64,000 nt of DNA, taken from contig JAWKQE010000028.1 in assembly GCA_041390305.1 (NCBI GenBank), positions 5,967-69,966 on the forward strand. The letters are read 5' to 3'. Positions 1 to 9,272 of this stretch are shown here, one piece after another. Position 1 is the stretch's first letter. Every line of letters begins with the position of its first letter. Both the position numbers and the translations under genes were made by a program. The DNA is from Candidatus Eiseniibacteriota bacterium. GTDB lineage: Bacteria > Eisenbacteria > RBG-16-71-46 > CAIMUX01. The notes under the pieces are model-generated. The model was given only the letters and a program-made list of their open reading frames with translations. It was not told the origin of the DNA and ran no database searches.

Positions 1-11
1 AGGGCGGTCCG

Positions 12-356
12 CTAGTCGTCGACCCGCTTCCTCATTTCCTTGATCTTCCCGCGCCTCGACTTTTCGTCCATGCGACGCCGCTTCGACGCCACCGTCGGCT
101 TGGTCGCCGTGCGTGGCTTTGGCTTCCGGTTCCGTCGTTCCAGCTCTTCCCACACGCGCGCGAGGGCGCGGAGCTTGTTCGCGGACTGGGAGCGGCTCTC
201 CGTTCCCACTTTGACGATCCCGGTGGGACGGTGGGTGACGCGGACGGCCGTTTCCGACTTGTTCCGATGCTGCCCACCAGGTCCGGACGCCTTGTAGGGG
301 ACGACGTCACAGTCGGCGAGGAGGTCGAGCAGTTCCCGAGTCCAGCGAAGTGCCAT
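12..356 (-). CDS. arfB: Alternative ribosome-rescue peptidyl-tRNA hydrolase (ArfB/YaeJ, RF-1 domain)
   Basis: GPGGQHRNK catalytic GGQ motif; basic C-terminal tail (KPRTATKPTVASKRRRMDEKSRRGKIK); small size without codon-recognition domains. Confidence 0.85.
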   Translation of the reverse strand: MALRWTRELLDLLADCDVVPYKASGPGGQHRNKSETAVRVTHRPTGIVKVGTESRSQSANKLRALARVWEELERRNRKPKPRTATKPTVASKRRRMDEKSRRGKIKEMRKRVDD

Positions 357-382
357 GGTTGGATGTCGACGTTCCCGCGGCC

Positions 383-889
383 CTAGCCGTCGGTGCCGTC
401 GTCCTCCGTGTCGATCCGTCCGCCCGAGTAGATCCGGAACGTGCTCGCCCGCGGATCATCGCTCCGCGTCCATCCCTCGTCCTCCGCTACGAAGTCGAGC
501 CGCAGGAGGAGGAACGGTAGGCAGACATCATCATCCTGAGCGATGACCTGAAGCGTCGCGTCCGGAAACTGGGCCCGGCGGACCGACTCGGCCCATGCCA
601 GCATCGGGAGGAAGAGGCTCATCTCCCTCTGATCGGGCTGGAGGACGGCTCGGAACACTCCATCGGGCCGGAGTAGGCCGAATCCGAGGTGTTCCTCGCC
701 GGCGTACCAGTGGCTGCACCGCGGGTCCGTGGCGAGTTCGTTCAGGAGCTCCTCCGGAAGGAGCGGGGCGGCGGAGCCTTCGGACAGCTCGAGGTCCGCC
801 ACGAGTGTACTGGCCAGGCGAGTCGGCTCGGCGTCGGTGCGTGTCCAGAGGGTCCGGGTCCAGGCGTTCATGCGGGGGAGTCTGGACAA
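383..889 (-). CDS. Hypothetical protein, possibly a degenerate GNAT fold
   Basis: 168-aa ORF with ordinary composition, co-directional with arfB. The GNAT resemblance (LGFGLL...MLAWAE...LLRLDF) is weak. Confidence 0.55.
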   Translation of the reverse strand: MSRLPRMNAWTRTLWTRTDAEPTRLASTLVADLELSEGSAAPLLPEELLNELATDPRCSHWYAGEEHLGFGLLRPDGVFRAVLQPDQREMSLFLPMLAWAESVRRAQFPDATLQVIAQDDDVCLPFLLLRLDFVAEDEGWTRSDDPRASTFRIYSGGRIDTEDDGTDG

Positions 890-1016
890 CTGAGTTCCCT
901 CCGTCTAGCGTTGAGTACGCCGTGGCGGACACGGAGGTCACCTCGGGGAGACGTGCCGGGACGGACACTTCCGGTCACACCCTGACTACCCGCCCGGACA
1001 GGATCGCGCGACACCG

Positions 1017-1724
1017 ATGGACATCTCGCTCCAGTTCGAAATCACACCGCAGCCCAACGACACCACGTGTGGGCCGTGCTGCCTCCATGCAGTCTACCGC
1101 TACTTCGAGAAGCACGTTCCTGAGGCACAGATCCTCCGGGAAGTCCCGATGCTGGAGGAGGGCGGCACGCTCGCCGTGCAGCTCGGCATCCATGCGCTTC
1201 GAAGCGGGTTCCACGCGACGCTCAGCACCCTCAACATCCAGGTCTTCGATCCGACCTGGTTCGACCCCGAGCCCGTCGTCGACCTTCCGACCAAGCTGCT
1301 TGCCCAGCGCACGGCGAAACGGCGGAAGAAGCTCCGGGTCGCAACCGACGCCTATCTCGAGTTCCTGGAGCTCGGCGGGAAGATCCGCTTCGCGGCCGCC
1401 ACTCCGGACATGATCCGGAATACCCTGAAGCGAGAACTTCCGATCCTGACCGGCCTCTCCTCGACCTATCTCTACCGGAGCGCACGCGAACGTCCGGACG
1501 ACCAGGAAGAGGACGATATCCGGGGGGAGCCGGTGGGGCACTTCGTCGTCCTGTGCGGGTATGACAGCGAAACGCGCGCGGTGAGAGTCGCCGATCCGCT
1601 CGCGTCGAATCCGATGGGGTCTGGCCACATCTACTCCGTGGCGATCGATCGCGTGATCGGAGCGATTCTCCTCGGCGTCCTGACCTACGACGCCAACCTG
1701 CTCGTGTTGGAGCCAGACCGCTGA
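1017..1724 (+). CDS. C39-like (papain-fold) cysteine peptidase
   Basis: QPNDTTCGPCCL (Gln, Cys), GHFVVLCGYD (His) and VADP (Asp); first gene of an ATP-grasp operon. Confidence 0.8.
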   Translation: MDISLQFEITPQPNDTTCGPCCLHAVYRYFEKHVPEAQILREVPMLEEGGTLAVQLGIHALRSGFHATLSTLNIQVFDPTWFDPEPVVDLPTKLLAQRTAKRRKKLRVATDAYLEFLELGGKIRFAAATPDMIRNTLKRELPILTGLSSTYLYRSARERPDDQEEDDIRGEPVGHFVVLCGYDSETRAVRVADPLASNPMGSGHIYSVAIDRVIGAILLGVLTYDANLLVLEPDR

Positions 1725-1744
1725 ATGAGAAATGGAGACTGTCG

Positions 1745-3352
1745 ATGAGATCCGGCAAGGGTTTCCAGAACGGTGCGGCCACCACCATCGTGGTGGTGAA
1801 CAATCCGAAGAACTGGCCGATCGAACTCCCGGGCGTCGAGATCGTCGCCGCGAAGCGCTATCTCACCGAGCCGGAGTTCGGCGCCGTGCGGCGGACGAAG
1901 GTCTACAACCTCTGCCGCTCCTACTCCTACCAGAGCCTCGGCTACTACGTTTCGCTCTTGGCCGAGGCGCGAGGTCATCGGCCGCTTCCAAGCATCCAGA
2001 CGGTGCAGGAGATCCGAAACCCAGCGGTACTTCGTCTTCGGTCACAGGAGTTCGACAAGCTCATCCAGTCGTCGCTCCGGCCGATCCAAGGCGACGAGTT
2101 CATTCTGAGCATCTACTTCGGCCGCAACATGGCAGCGAAGTACGATCGCCTCGCTCTCGCGCTCTACAACTCCCATCCGGCCCCTCTTCTCCGCGCCAGG
2201 TTCGAGCGACTCGAGGGACACTGGCGGATGGACTGGCTGCGTCCGGTGCCCGCGAGCGAGATCCCGGACCACCACCGACCCTTCGTCGTGCAGGCGGCGC
2301 AGGAGCACCTGGGGAGGCGAAGTCACGGCGGAAGGCGCAAGCGCCAGATCGATCGCTATGACCTCGCGATCCTGGTGGATCCCCGCAACGCGAATCCACC
2401 GTCGGATGAACGTGCACTCGCCAAGTTCGAGAAGGCGGCGGAACGCGCCCGCGTCCGGGTCGAGCAGATCCAGCCGAACGACGCCGGTCGCCTGCTCGAG
2501 TTCGACGCGCTCTTCATCCGCGAGACGACTGCGGTCGATCACTATACCTACAGATTCGCTGTGCGCGCCGAGGCGGCGGGACTCGTCGTCATCGACGATC
2601 CCGAGTCGATCGTCCGGTGCACGAACAAGGTCTATCTCGCGGAGGCGCTCGAGAAGCACCGAATCCCAGCGCCGCGTTCCGTCATCGTTCACGACGGAAA
2701 CGTAGGGGAGATCGCGGAGCGGCTCGGCTTTCCGGTCATCATCAAGCAGCCGGACAGTTCGTTCTCCCAGGGCGTCTTCAAGGTGAACAGCCAGGACGAG
2801 CTGGGTGAAGTCGTGGAGAAGCTCCTCGAGGATTCGGATCTCCTCATCGCGCAGGAGTTCCTCCCCAGTGAGTTCGACTGGAGGGTAGGAGTCCTCGAAG
2901 GGAAGCCGCTCTACGCATGTCGGTACTACATGGCCCACAAGCACTGGCAGATCATCCAGTGGAAGGGCGAAGACCATTCCTACGGCAAGGTGAAAGCGAT
3001 TCCGATCGACGAAGTACCCCGCTCCGTTCTCCGAAATGCGATCCGCGCGTCCCGCCTCATGGGGAACGGACTCTACGGGGTCGATCTCAAACAGCGGGGT
3101 GAGCGCAGCTACGTCATCGAGGTGAACGACAACCCCAGCCTCGAGGCCGGATACGAGGATCAGGTGGCCGGAATGGAGCTCTACGAACGGATCGTCGACT
3201 TCTTCGTCCGGAGGATCGAGGCGAGTCGCGCCACCGGGAGCGCCGTCGGCCAGGCTTCGCTCTCGCGTCGGGCCGTTCCCGAGTCGGCACAGCGAACCGG
3301 TAGGAGCGTACGGAAGAAGGACGCGAGCGACAGGAGGACGGCGAAACGATGA
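1745..3352 (+). CDS. RimK-family ATP-grasp ligase with N-terminal RLAN-type domain
   Basis: RCTNKVYL, PVIIKQPDSSFSQGV, QEFLPSEFDWRVGVL, GVDLKQ and VIEVNDNPS ATP-grasp motifs; N-terminal NLCRSYSYQSLGYYVSLLAEARGH. Confidence 0.9.
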   Translation: MRSGKGFQNGAATTIVVVNNPKNWPIELPGVEIVAAKRYLTEPEFGAVRRTKVYNLCRSYSYQSLGYYVSLLAEARGHRPLPSIQTVQEIRNPAVLRLRSQEFDKLIQSSLRPIQGDEFILSIYFGRNMAAKYDRLALALYNSHPAPLLRARFERLEGHWRMDWLRPVPASEIPDHHRPFVVQAAQEHLGRRSHGGRRKRQIDRYDLAILVDPRNANPPSDERALAKFEKAAERARVRVEQIQPNDAGRLLEFDALFIRETTAVDHYTYRFAVRAEAAGLVVIDDPESIVRCTNKVYLAEALEKHRIPAPRSVIVHDGNVGEIAERLGFPVIIKQPDSSFSQGVFKVNSQDELGEVVEKLLEDSDLLIAQEFLPSEFDWRVGVLEGKPLYACRYYMAHKHWQIIQWKGEDHSYGKVKAIPIDEVPRSVLRNAIRASRLMGNGLYGVDLKQRGERSYVIEVNDNPSLEAGYEDQVAGMELYERIVDFFVRRIEASRATGSAVGQASLSRRAVPESAQRTGRSVRKKDASDRRTAKR

Positions 3353-4593
3353 GTGCCCCGTTGCGGCTCTTCGAGGGCTACGGTGTCGAGCTGGAGTACA
3401 TGATCGTCGACCGGAAGACGCTCGACGTCCGGCCGATCGCGGACCGGCTCCTCGAAGGAAAGGCCGGCGAGCAGGTGTCGGACCTCGAGGACGGCGCGAT
3501 GGGGTGGTCGAACGAACTCGTCCTGCACGTGCTCGAGTTCAAGACGAACGGCCCCGCCCCGCGTCTCGAGGATCTCCCCCGGGAGTTCGCGCGATCCGTG
3601 CGGGACGCGAACGAGATCGCGGAGCGTCTGGGTGCCTGTCTCATGCCGACGGCGATGCATCCGTGGATGGATCCGCTTCGCGAGACGCAACTCTGGCCGC
3701 ACGACTACAGCCCGGTGTACGCCGCGTTCGATTCGATCTTCGGGTGCTCGGGGCACGGCTGGTCGAACCTCCAGAGCACGCACATCAATCTGCCGTTCGC
3801 GAACGACGACGAGTTCGGTCGTCTCCATGCCGCGATCCGGGCCGTGCTGCCCCTGCTTCCCGCGCTCGCCGCGAGCTCTCCGCTCGTGGAGGAGCGGATC
3901 ACCGGGATCGCCGACAACCGCCTCGCGTTCTACAAGACGAATGCGAGCCGGATTCCGAGCGTCACCGGGGCTGTCGTGCCGGAGCCGGTCTTCGCGCGCG
4001 AGGTGTACGAGCGGGATCTGCTCGGTGGACTCTACCGCGACATCGCGCCGCTCGACCCGGACGGCCTGCTCCAGGAGGAGTGGCTCAACGCGCGTGGAGC
4101 GATCGCGCGCTTCGACCGGATGGCGATCGAGATCCGGGTTCTCGACGTCCAGGAGTGTCCGAGTGCGGACCTCACGATCGTCGCCCTGACGACCGCGGTG
4201 GTGAAGGCGCTGTGCGAGGACCGCTGGGTGTCACAGGACGAACTCCGGGGACTCGACACGATGGCGCTCTCCGAGGCGTTCACGAGCACGTCTCTCGCCG
4301 CCGGGGCGGCGTCGATCGAACTCCCGGACTGGCTTCGCGTGTTCGGGCTGTCGAAACCCACGACGGCGGCCGAAGTCTGGAGCCATCTGTTGGAGCAGAC
4401 GGCCACGGAGAACGCCGACGATCCGCTCCGGTCCACGGGCCACCTTCGCTCCTTCGCGGAACGGATCCTGAGAGACGGCTGTCTCTCGAAGAGGATCTCG
4501 AGACGTCTGCCGGGAGACCCGGAACGGGCCGCGATCCGTGAGGTCTACGAAGAACTCTGCGACTGTCTGGCGCAGGACCGGATGCTTCCGTGA
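3349..4593 (+). CDS. Glutamate-cysteine ligase family 2 (GCS2/YbdK-like) carboxylate-amine ligase
   Basis: YGVELEYMIVD, NELVLHVLEFKT, QSTHINLP, ARGAIARFDRMAIEIRVLD; ATGA overlap with the upstream gene. Confidence 0.88.
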   Translation: MSAPLRLFEGYGVELEYMIVDRKTLDVRPIADRLLEGKAGEQVSDLEDGAMGWSNELVLHVLEFKTNGPAPRLEDLPREFARSVRDANEIAERLGACLMPTAMHPWMDPLRETQLWPHDYSPVYAAFDSIFGCSGHGWSNLQSTHINLPFANDDEFGRLHAAIRAVLPLLPALAASSPLVEERITGIADNRLAFYKTNASRIPSVTGAVVPEPVFAREVYERDLLGGLYRDIAPLDPDGLLQEEWLNARGAIARFDRMAIEIRVLDVQECPSADLTIVALTTAVVKALCEDRWVSQDELRGLDTMALSEAFTSTSLAAGAASIELPDWLRVFGLSKPTTAAEVWSHLLEQTATENADDPLRSTGHLRSFAERILRDGCLSKRISRRLPGDPERAAIREVYEELCDCLAQDRMLP

Positions 4594-5324
4594 GTCCGTC
4601 CCGACCTCCCGTCGTCGTCACGTGCGAACACGGCGGGAACCGGATTCCGAAGGAGTATCGGGCCCTCTTCGCCGGTGCGGACGATGTTCTCCGTTCCCAT
4701 CGCGGTTGGGATCCCGGCGCGCTCCTCACGGGGCGAGCCCTTGCCCGGTCGACGGACGCCCCGTTCGTCGAGGCCACCGTGACCAGGCTGCTCGTCGACC
4801 TCAACCGCACGAAAGACGGGGCGGGGCGGTTCTCGGAGTTCACGCGAGAGCTCCCGGAGGACGAGCGGCGACGGATCCTGTCCACGTACCACGACCCTCA
4901 CTGGCGATCGGTGCGGCGAGCGATCTCCGCGGCACGCCGAGGGCGCCGGTCGGAACTCGTGATCCACATCGCGTCACACAGCTTCACGGCGCATCCGGGA
5001 CGGATCGGCGGGAAGCCACGTCCAGACCGAAGCTACGAGGTCGGGCTGCTCTACGATCCGAGCCGCCCGGGGGAAAGGTCCTTCGCGGAGCGGTGGCGCC
5101 GTGCGATCCTCTCCAGCGATCCAGAGCTTCGGGTCCGGATGAATCTTCCGTATCGTGGGTGGACGGACGGAATGACCAGTGTGTTTCGAGCGGAGTTCGG
5201 CTCTGGCTATGTTGGGATCGAGCTGGAGTGCAATCAGGAGACGCTCGCTCGTCCCGATTCAGCGACGCGGCTGCGCCGGGTGCTGTCGTCGACGCTGCCG
5301 GAAGTGGTGTCGCGGACATTCTGA
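4590..5324 (+). CDS. N-formylglutamate amidohydrolase family protein
   Basis: [46 protein letters not shown]; GTGA overlap with the upstream gene. Confidence 0.88.
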   Translation: MSPSRPPVVVTCEHGGNRIPKEYRALFAGADDVLRSHRGWDPGALLTGRALARSTDAPFVEATVTRLLVDLNRTKDGAGRFSEFTRELPEDERRRILSTYHDPHWRSVRRAISAARRGRRSELVIHIASHSFTAHPGRIGGKPRPDRSYEVGLLYDPSRPGERSFAERWRRAILSSDPELRVRMNLPYRGWTDGMTSVFRAEFGSGYVGIELECNQETLARPDSATRLRRVLSSTLPEVVSRTF

Positions 5325-5361
5325 CACGACACGGCTAGCCTGGACTCCGAAGGGAGACGGG

Positions 5362-7326
5362 ATGGCGATGAAGAAGGCGGACAGATCCCGCCAGAAGGCG
5401 AGCACGGATACGAAGCGCTCGTCCGCCAGGGAGATGGCGAGCAAGGAGACGACTCCGATGGCCAAGGCATCGAAAGCGAAGAAGAAGACCACCGGCGCGA
5501 AGGCGAAGGCGGTGAAGTCCAAGTCGAAGGCGAGGAAGTCGGAGCCCGCGAAGCCCAAGGCCGCAAAGACGAAAGCTACGAAGTCCAGTGTCGCGAAGCC
5601 AGCGCCGACGAAGCCTGCGAAGCCAACCACGACCAAAGCGACCAAGCCGACGAAGCCGAAGGTTGCGAAGCCGACTCCTGCGGCACCGACGGCTCAGGCC
5701 GAGCAGAGGACGCAGGACGCCAATGTCGAGCTCGTGGCTTCGACCGAGAACCACGGGCCTGTTCCGCCCCTTCCCGACGTAACGGAGCTCGACCTATCCG
5801 CCTTCTCGAGGCAGATCCGTCTTCGCCCCCTGCAGAAGGGCGACTTCGACGCGATCCTGGATCTCCAGAGGCGGTGCTTTCCGGGGATGAACCCTTGGAA
5901 GCGCGCACAGTTCTTGAGTCAGCTCGAGATCTTCCCGGATGGCCAGATGTGTGTCGAGTACGAGGGCGTGATCGTCGCGTCCTCGTCCAGCCTCATCGTG
6001 ACCTTCTCTGAGTACTCCGCATGGCACGATTGGCAGGAGATCGCGGACGGCGGGTTCATCCGGAATCACGATCCGCTGGGCGACACGCTCTATGGCATCG
6101 AGATCATGGTCCATCCCGAGTACCGGGGCATGAAGCTGGCCCGTCGCCTCTACGACGAGAGGAAGCGGCTCGCCCGTGAGCACAACCTCGAACGGATCAT
6201 GGTCGGAGGTCGGATTCCCGGATACGGGCGCTATTCGGACGACCTCACTGCCCGCGAATACGTCGAGAAGGTCATCGACAAGACGCTCTTCGATCCGGTG
6301 CTCACTCCGCAGATCTCGAACGGGTTTACGCTCAGGCAGCTGGTTCCGGACTATCTCCCCTCGGATCGCCAGTCTCTCGGCTACGCGACGATCCTGGAGT
6401 GGGTGAACCTCGATCACACACCGGAGACGTCGATCGGCTCCCAAGCCGCGAGGATCTGCGTCGTTCAGTACGAAATGCGACGCGTCGAGAGTTTCGAGGA
6501 CTTCGCCGCGCAGTGTGAGTACTTCGTCGATACGGCCTCGGACTATCGGAGCGACTTCGTTCTCTTTCCGGAGCTGATCACGACACAGCTCCTCTCGATC
6601 ATCGATGCTCGCGATCCGGCCGAGTCTGCCCGGCGACTCGCCGAGTACACGCCACAGTATCTCGATCTCTTCGGCGAACTCTCCGTGCGGTACAACGTCA
6701 ACATCATCGGTGGATCCCAGTTCGTCATGGAGGAGGACAAGCTCTACAACGTCGCGTTCCTCTTCCGTCGGGACGGGACGGTGGCGAAGCAGTACAAACT
6801 CCACATCACGCCGGCCGAGCGCCGGTGGTGGGGGGTGGAGCCGGGGGATCGGATGGAGGTCTTCGATACGGATCGGGGGAAGATCGCGATCCAGATCTGC
6901 TACGACGTCGAGTTCCCTGAACTCTCCCGCGTCGCGGCGGCGAAGGGTGCGCGGCTGATCTTCGTTCCGTTCAACACCGACGAACGGCACGGCTACCTCC
7001 GAGTGCGGCACTGCGCACAGGCCCGTTGCATCGAGAACCACGTCTACACGGCCATCGCCGGGTGCGTCGGCAACCTCCCGTTCGTGGACAATGCTGACAT
7101 CCACTATGCGCAGTCGGGTATCTTCACCCCGTCGGACTTCTCGTTCAGTCGGGACGCGATCGCCGCGGAGTGCAGCGCCAATATCGAGACCGTCATCTTC
7201 CACGACCTGGACCTGGGTCTTTTGCCCAAGCACAAGGCCGGCGGCGCGACGCGGAACTGGGACGACCGGAGGGTCGACGTCTATAAAGTCCACTACGAGG
7301 ACGATGTAGACAGGATGGAGATCTGA
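5362..7326 (+). CDS. Bifunctional GNAT acetyltransferase / carbon-nitrogen hydrolase (nitrilase family) with a Lys/Ala/Pro-rich N-terminal tail
   Basis: GNAT motif A ([14 protein letters not shown]); nitrilase triad contexts FPEL (E), QYKLH (K), ICYDVEF (C). Start placed at ATG 5362 after AGGGAG. Confidence 0.88.
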   Translation: MAMKKADRSRQKASTDTKRSSAREMASKETTPMAKASKAKKKTTGAKAKAVKSKSKARKSEPAKPKAAKTKATKSSVAKPAPTKPAKPTTTKATKPTKPKVAKPTPAAPTAQAEQRTQDANVELVASTENHGPVPPLPDVTELDLSAFSRQIRLRPLQKGDFDAILDLQRRCFPGMNPWKRAQFLSQLEIFPDGQMCVEYEGVIVASSSSLIVTFSEYSAWHDWQEIADGGFIRNHDPLGDTLYGIEIMVHPEYRGMKLARRLYDERKRLAREHNLERIMVGGRIPGYGRYSDDLTAREYVEKVIDKTLFDPVLTPQISNGFTLRQLVPDYLPSDRQSLGYATILEWVNLDHTPETSIGSQAARICVVQYEMRRVESFEDFAAQCEYFVDTASDYRSDFVLFPELITTQLLSIIDARDPAESARRLAEYTPQYLDLFGELSVRYNVNIIGGSQFVMEEDKLYNVAFLFRRDGTVAKQYKLHITPAERRWWGVEPGDRMEVFDTDRGKIAIQICYDVEFPELSRVAAAKGARLIFVPFNTDERHGYLRVRHCAQARCIENHVYTAIAGCVGNLPFVDNADIHYAQSGIFTPSDFSFSRDAIAAECSANIETVIFHDLDLGLLPKHKAGGATRNWDDRRVDVYKVHYEDDVDRMEI

Positions 7327-7430
7327 GTCATCCTACGCAGGTAGGAGGCCGATGAGGGAGGAAGGGGATCGCTCCCGAGCGGTCCCGACCGCTGAAGCGG
7401 TACTCGTAGCGACCAAGGAGGGAGCCAGGG

Positions 7431-8111
7431 ATGACGCAGCCGATCGAATGGTGGTACGCCGAGGGGAACGAGCAGAAGGGCCCGGTCAACCTCGAGGAGA
7501 TCAAGGAACTGGCTGCCACGGGCGTTGTCGGAGCGGACACACTGGTCTGGCACTCCGGGATGGCCGGATGGACGCCGGCTGGTCGGGTCGCGGAGCTCGG
7601 GCTTCGGCCGACCCCTCCGTCCGCCGGGCTCGGCGCGGACGATTCGCTGGACATCGGTGGCTCGAGCGATCCGTCTCCGCTCGGCTCGTCGTCCGGCGTC
7701 GGGGGCGGAATGGACGAACCGGCGCGACCCGCGCCGCCTCGCTCCAGCTCCGGAGCTGGGTCCTACTCCGGATCCTCGTCCGGGACGGGTGACCTCGGCG
7801 GATTTCCCACCGGCGGGGGCTACGGCCACACCGCGATGCCGATGCGGAACGTTCCGAACAACATGGTCCTCGCGATCCTCTCGACCGTGCTCTGCTGCCT
7901 TCCGCTCGGGATCGCTTCCATCGTGAAGGCCTCCCAGGTGAAGGCGATCGCGGAGTCGGGTGACATCGAGCGGGCCGAGAAGGTGGCCGCGGAGGCCAAG
8001 AAGTGGGCGCTCTGGGCGATCGGTCTCGGGCTGCTCGCACAGATCCTCTACTTCCTTCTCGTCGGCAGCTCGGCGTTCCTCGGCATGATGGATGCGGGGA
8101 AAGATTTCTGA
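7431..8111 (+). CDS. GYF_2 (DUF4339) plus CD225/dispanin membrane protein
   Basis: N-terminal WWY..G..QKGP...LVWHSGMAGW; Ser/Gly linker; C-terminal LAILSTVLCCLPLGIASIVKASQV...AKKW. Confidence 0.85.
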   Translation: MTQPIEWWYAEGNEQKGPVNLEEIKELAATGVVGADTLVWHSGMAGWTPAGRVAELGLRPTPPSAGLGADDSLDIGGSSDPSPLGSSSGVGGGMDEPARPAPPRSSSGAGSYSGSSSGTGDLGGFPTGGGYGHTAMPMRNVPNNMVLAILSTVLCCLPLGIASIVKASQVKAIAESGDIERAEKVAAEAKKWALWAIGLGLLAQILYFLLVGSSAFLGMMDAGKDF

Positions 8112-8118
8112 GACTCCG

Positions 8119-8592
8119 ATGAAGGGACTCGGAGCCCGCATCGGCGCGGTGTCCGCGCCCGGCCTCGCGGACGCGAAGAGGCGAGGGAGGGCGTCCGTCC
8201 TCCTCGTCTCGGCTGGACTCGTCGGAGTTCCACTCGTCGTCGGTTGGTTCATCGCAGTGTTCGGTCGGACAGGGACCGACCTTCTTCCTCCCTGCCTCTT
8301 CCACGAGCTGACCGGCTTTCACTGCACGGGATGCGGCAGCACGCGGGCGCTCCTTGCGTTACTCCACGGGAACATCGCCGAGGCGTGGGGGCAGAATCCG
8401 CTGCTCCTGCTCGTCCTCCCCTGGCTCGCCTACGGAGCTTTCGACTGGGGACTCGTTCGATTCGCGCCATCACACGGGCTTTGGCGCTGGAACGTGCCGG
8501 GCCGGCTCTATTGGGGCTTCGCGGCTCTGGTCATCGCCTTCACGGTGGTACGGAACCTCCCCGCCGTGAGGTTTCTCGGCCCACTTCCCTAG
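8119..8592 (+). CDS. DUF2752 family membrane protein
   Basis: PCLFHELTGFHCTGCGSTRA...A...NPL motif; typical partner of CD225 genes. Confidence 0.85.
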   Translation: MKGLGARIGAVSAPGLADAKRRGRASVLLVSAGLVGVPLVVGWFIAVFGRTGTDLLPPCLFHELTGFHCTGCGSTRALLALLHGNIAEAWGQNPLLLLVLPWLAYGAFDWGLVRFAPSHGLWRWNVPGRLYWGFAALVIAFTVVRNLPAVRFLGPLP

Positions 8593-8671
8593 CGGGGGCG
8601 CGAGGTTCGGCTCCTCTACCGCGTCTGCCAGTGTGGTTCACGCGTGGCACAATACGAGGGTGCGGTAGGAA

Positions 8672-8699
8672 TCGCCGCGCAGACGTCGCCGCGCAGACG
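8672..8699. repeat. Perfect 14-bp tandem duplication (TCGCCGCGCAGACG x2)
   Basis: Read directly in the gap between convergent genes. Confidence 0.8.
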
Positions 8700-8734
8700 G
8701 CCGTGCGCTCTGCATCCCAGGCGTCCGCGGTTTC

Positions 8735-9268
8735 TCAGTGACCGTTTCCCGCCAAGGTGTCCCGGCAGTCCGTACAGAACTCGTCTCTCTTGAGGTCGAT
8801 CTCTTCCGCGACCGCGGAGAAGTGCATCGCGCAATCGGGATCCGCGCAGTGGACCAGGCCGAGCAGGTGCCCGGCCTCGTGCAGAACCTCTCGGCGCATC
8901 CTGGATTCCAGGAGGTCCGGGTCGTCGGGGAGTCCGTACAGGGTCGGCCTCAGTCGATGAATCGATACGATTCCCGCGGGGCCGTGAAGTCTCGCTTCCC
9001 CGAACACGAACGTGAAGATCGCCGAGTAGAGATCGACATCGGCAAGACCGAGTACGAGACTGTCCGACTCGCCTGCAACCGTTTCCAGCGGGGGAAGCAG
9101 TCGTCGGCAGTCGAACTGCGCGCGCCGCGGCTCGTACGCACCCTGGAGGTCGAGTGTGTCGGGATGGATCGACACGGGGAGACTCGTCGCCTGCGCGAGG
9201 AACGTCGCCGCCTTCTCGAGAAGACCTGGCGGAAGGGCACCGACGGCGACCAGTGTCCATCCCCGCAC
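8735..9268 (-). CDS. Archaemetzincin (peptidase M54) zinc metalloprotease
   Basis: HEAGHLLGLVHC..PDCAMHFS...D.K...FC..C metzincin and Cys-Zn motifs; FVFGEA motif. Confidence 0.9.
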   Translation of the reverse strand: MRGWTLVAVGALPPGLLEKAATFLAQATSLPVSIHPDTLDLQGAYEPRRAQFDCRRLLPPLETVAGESDSLVLGLADVDLYSAIFTFVFGEARLHGPAGIVSIHRLRPTLYGLPDDPDLLESRMRREVLHEAGHLLGLVHCADPDCAMHFSAVAEEIDLKRDEFCTDCRDTLAGNGH

Positions 9269-9272
9269 GAAG

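Noticed and set aside
5794-7293. Long antisense ORFs (also 31118-32851, 44474-46051, 46301-47983, 49299-50459, 26105-27565, 38090-39355)
   Set aside because: They are shadow frames opposite well-supported genes, as expected in high-GC DNA, and carry no family motifs.
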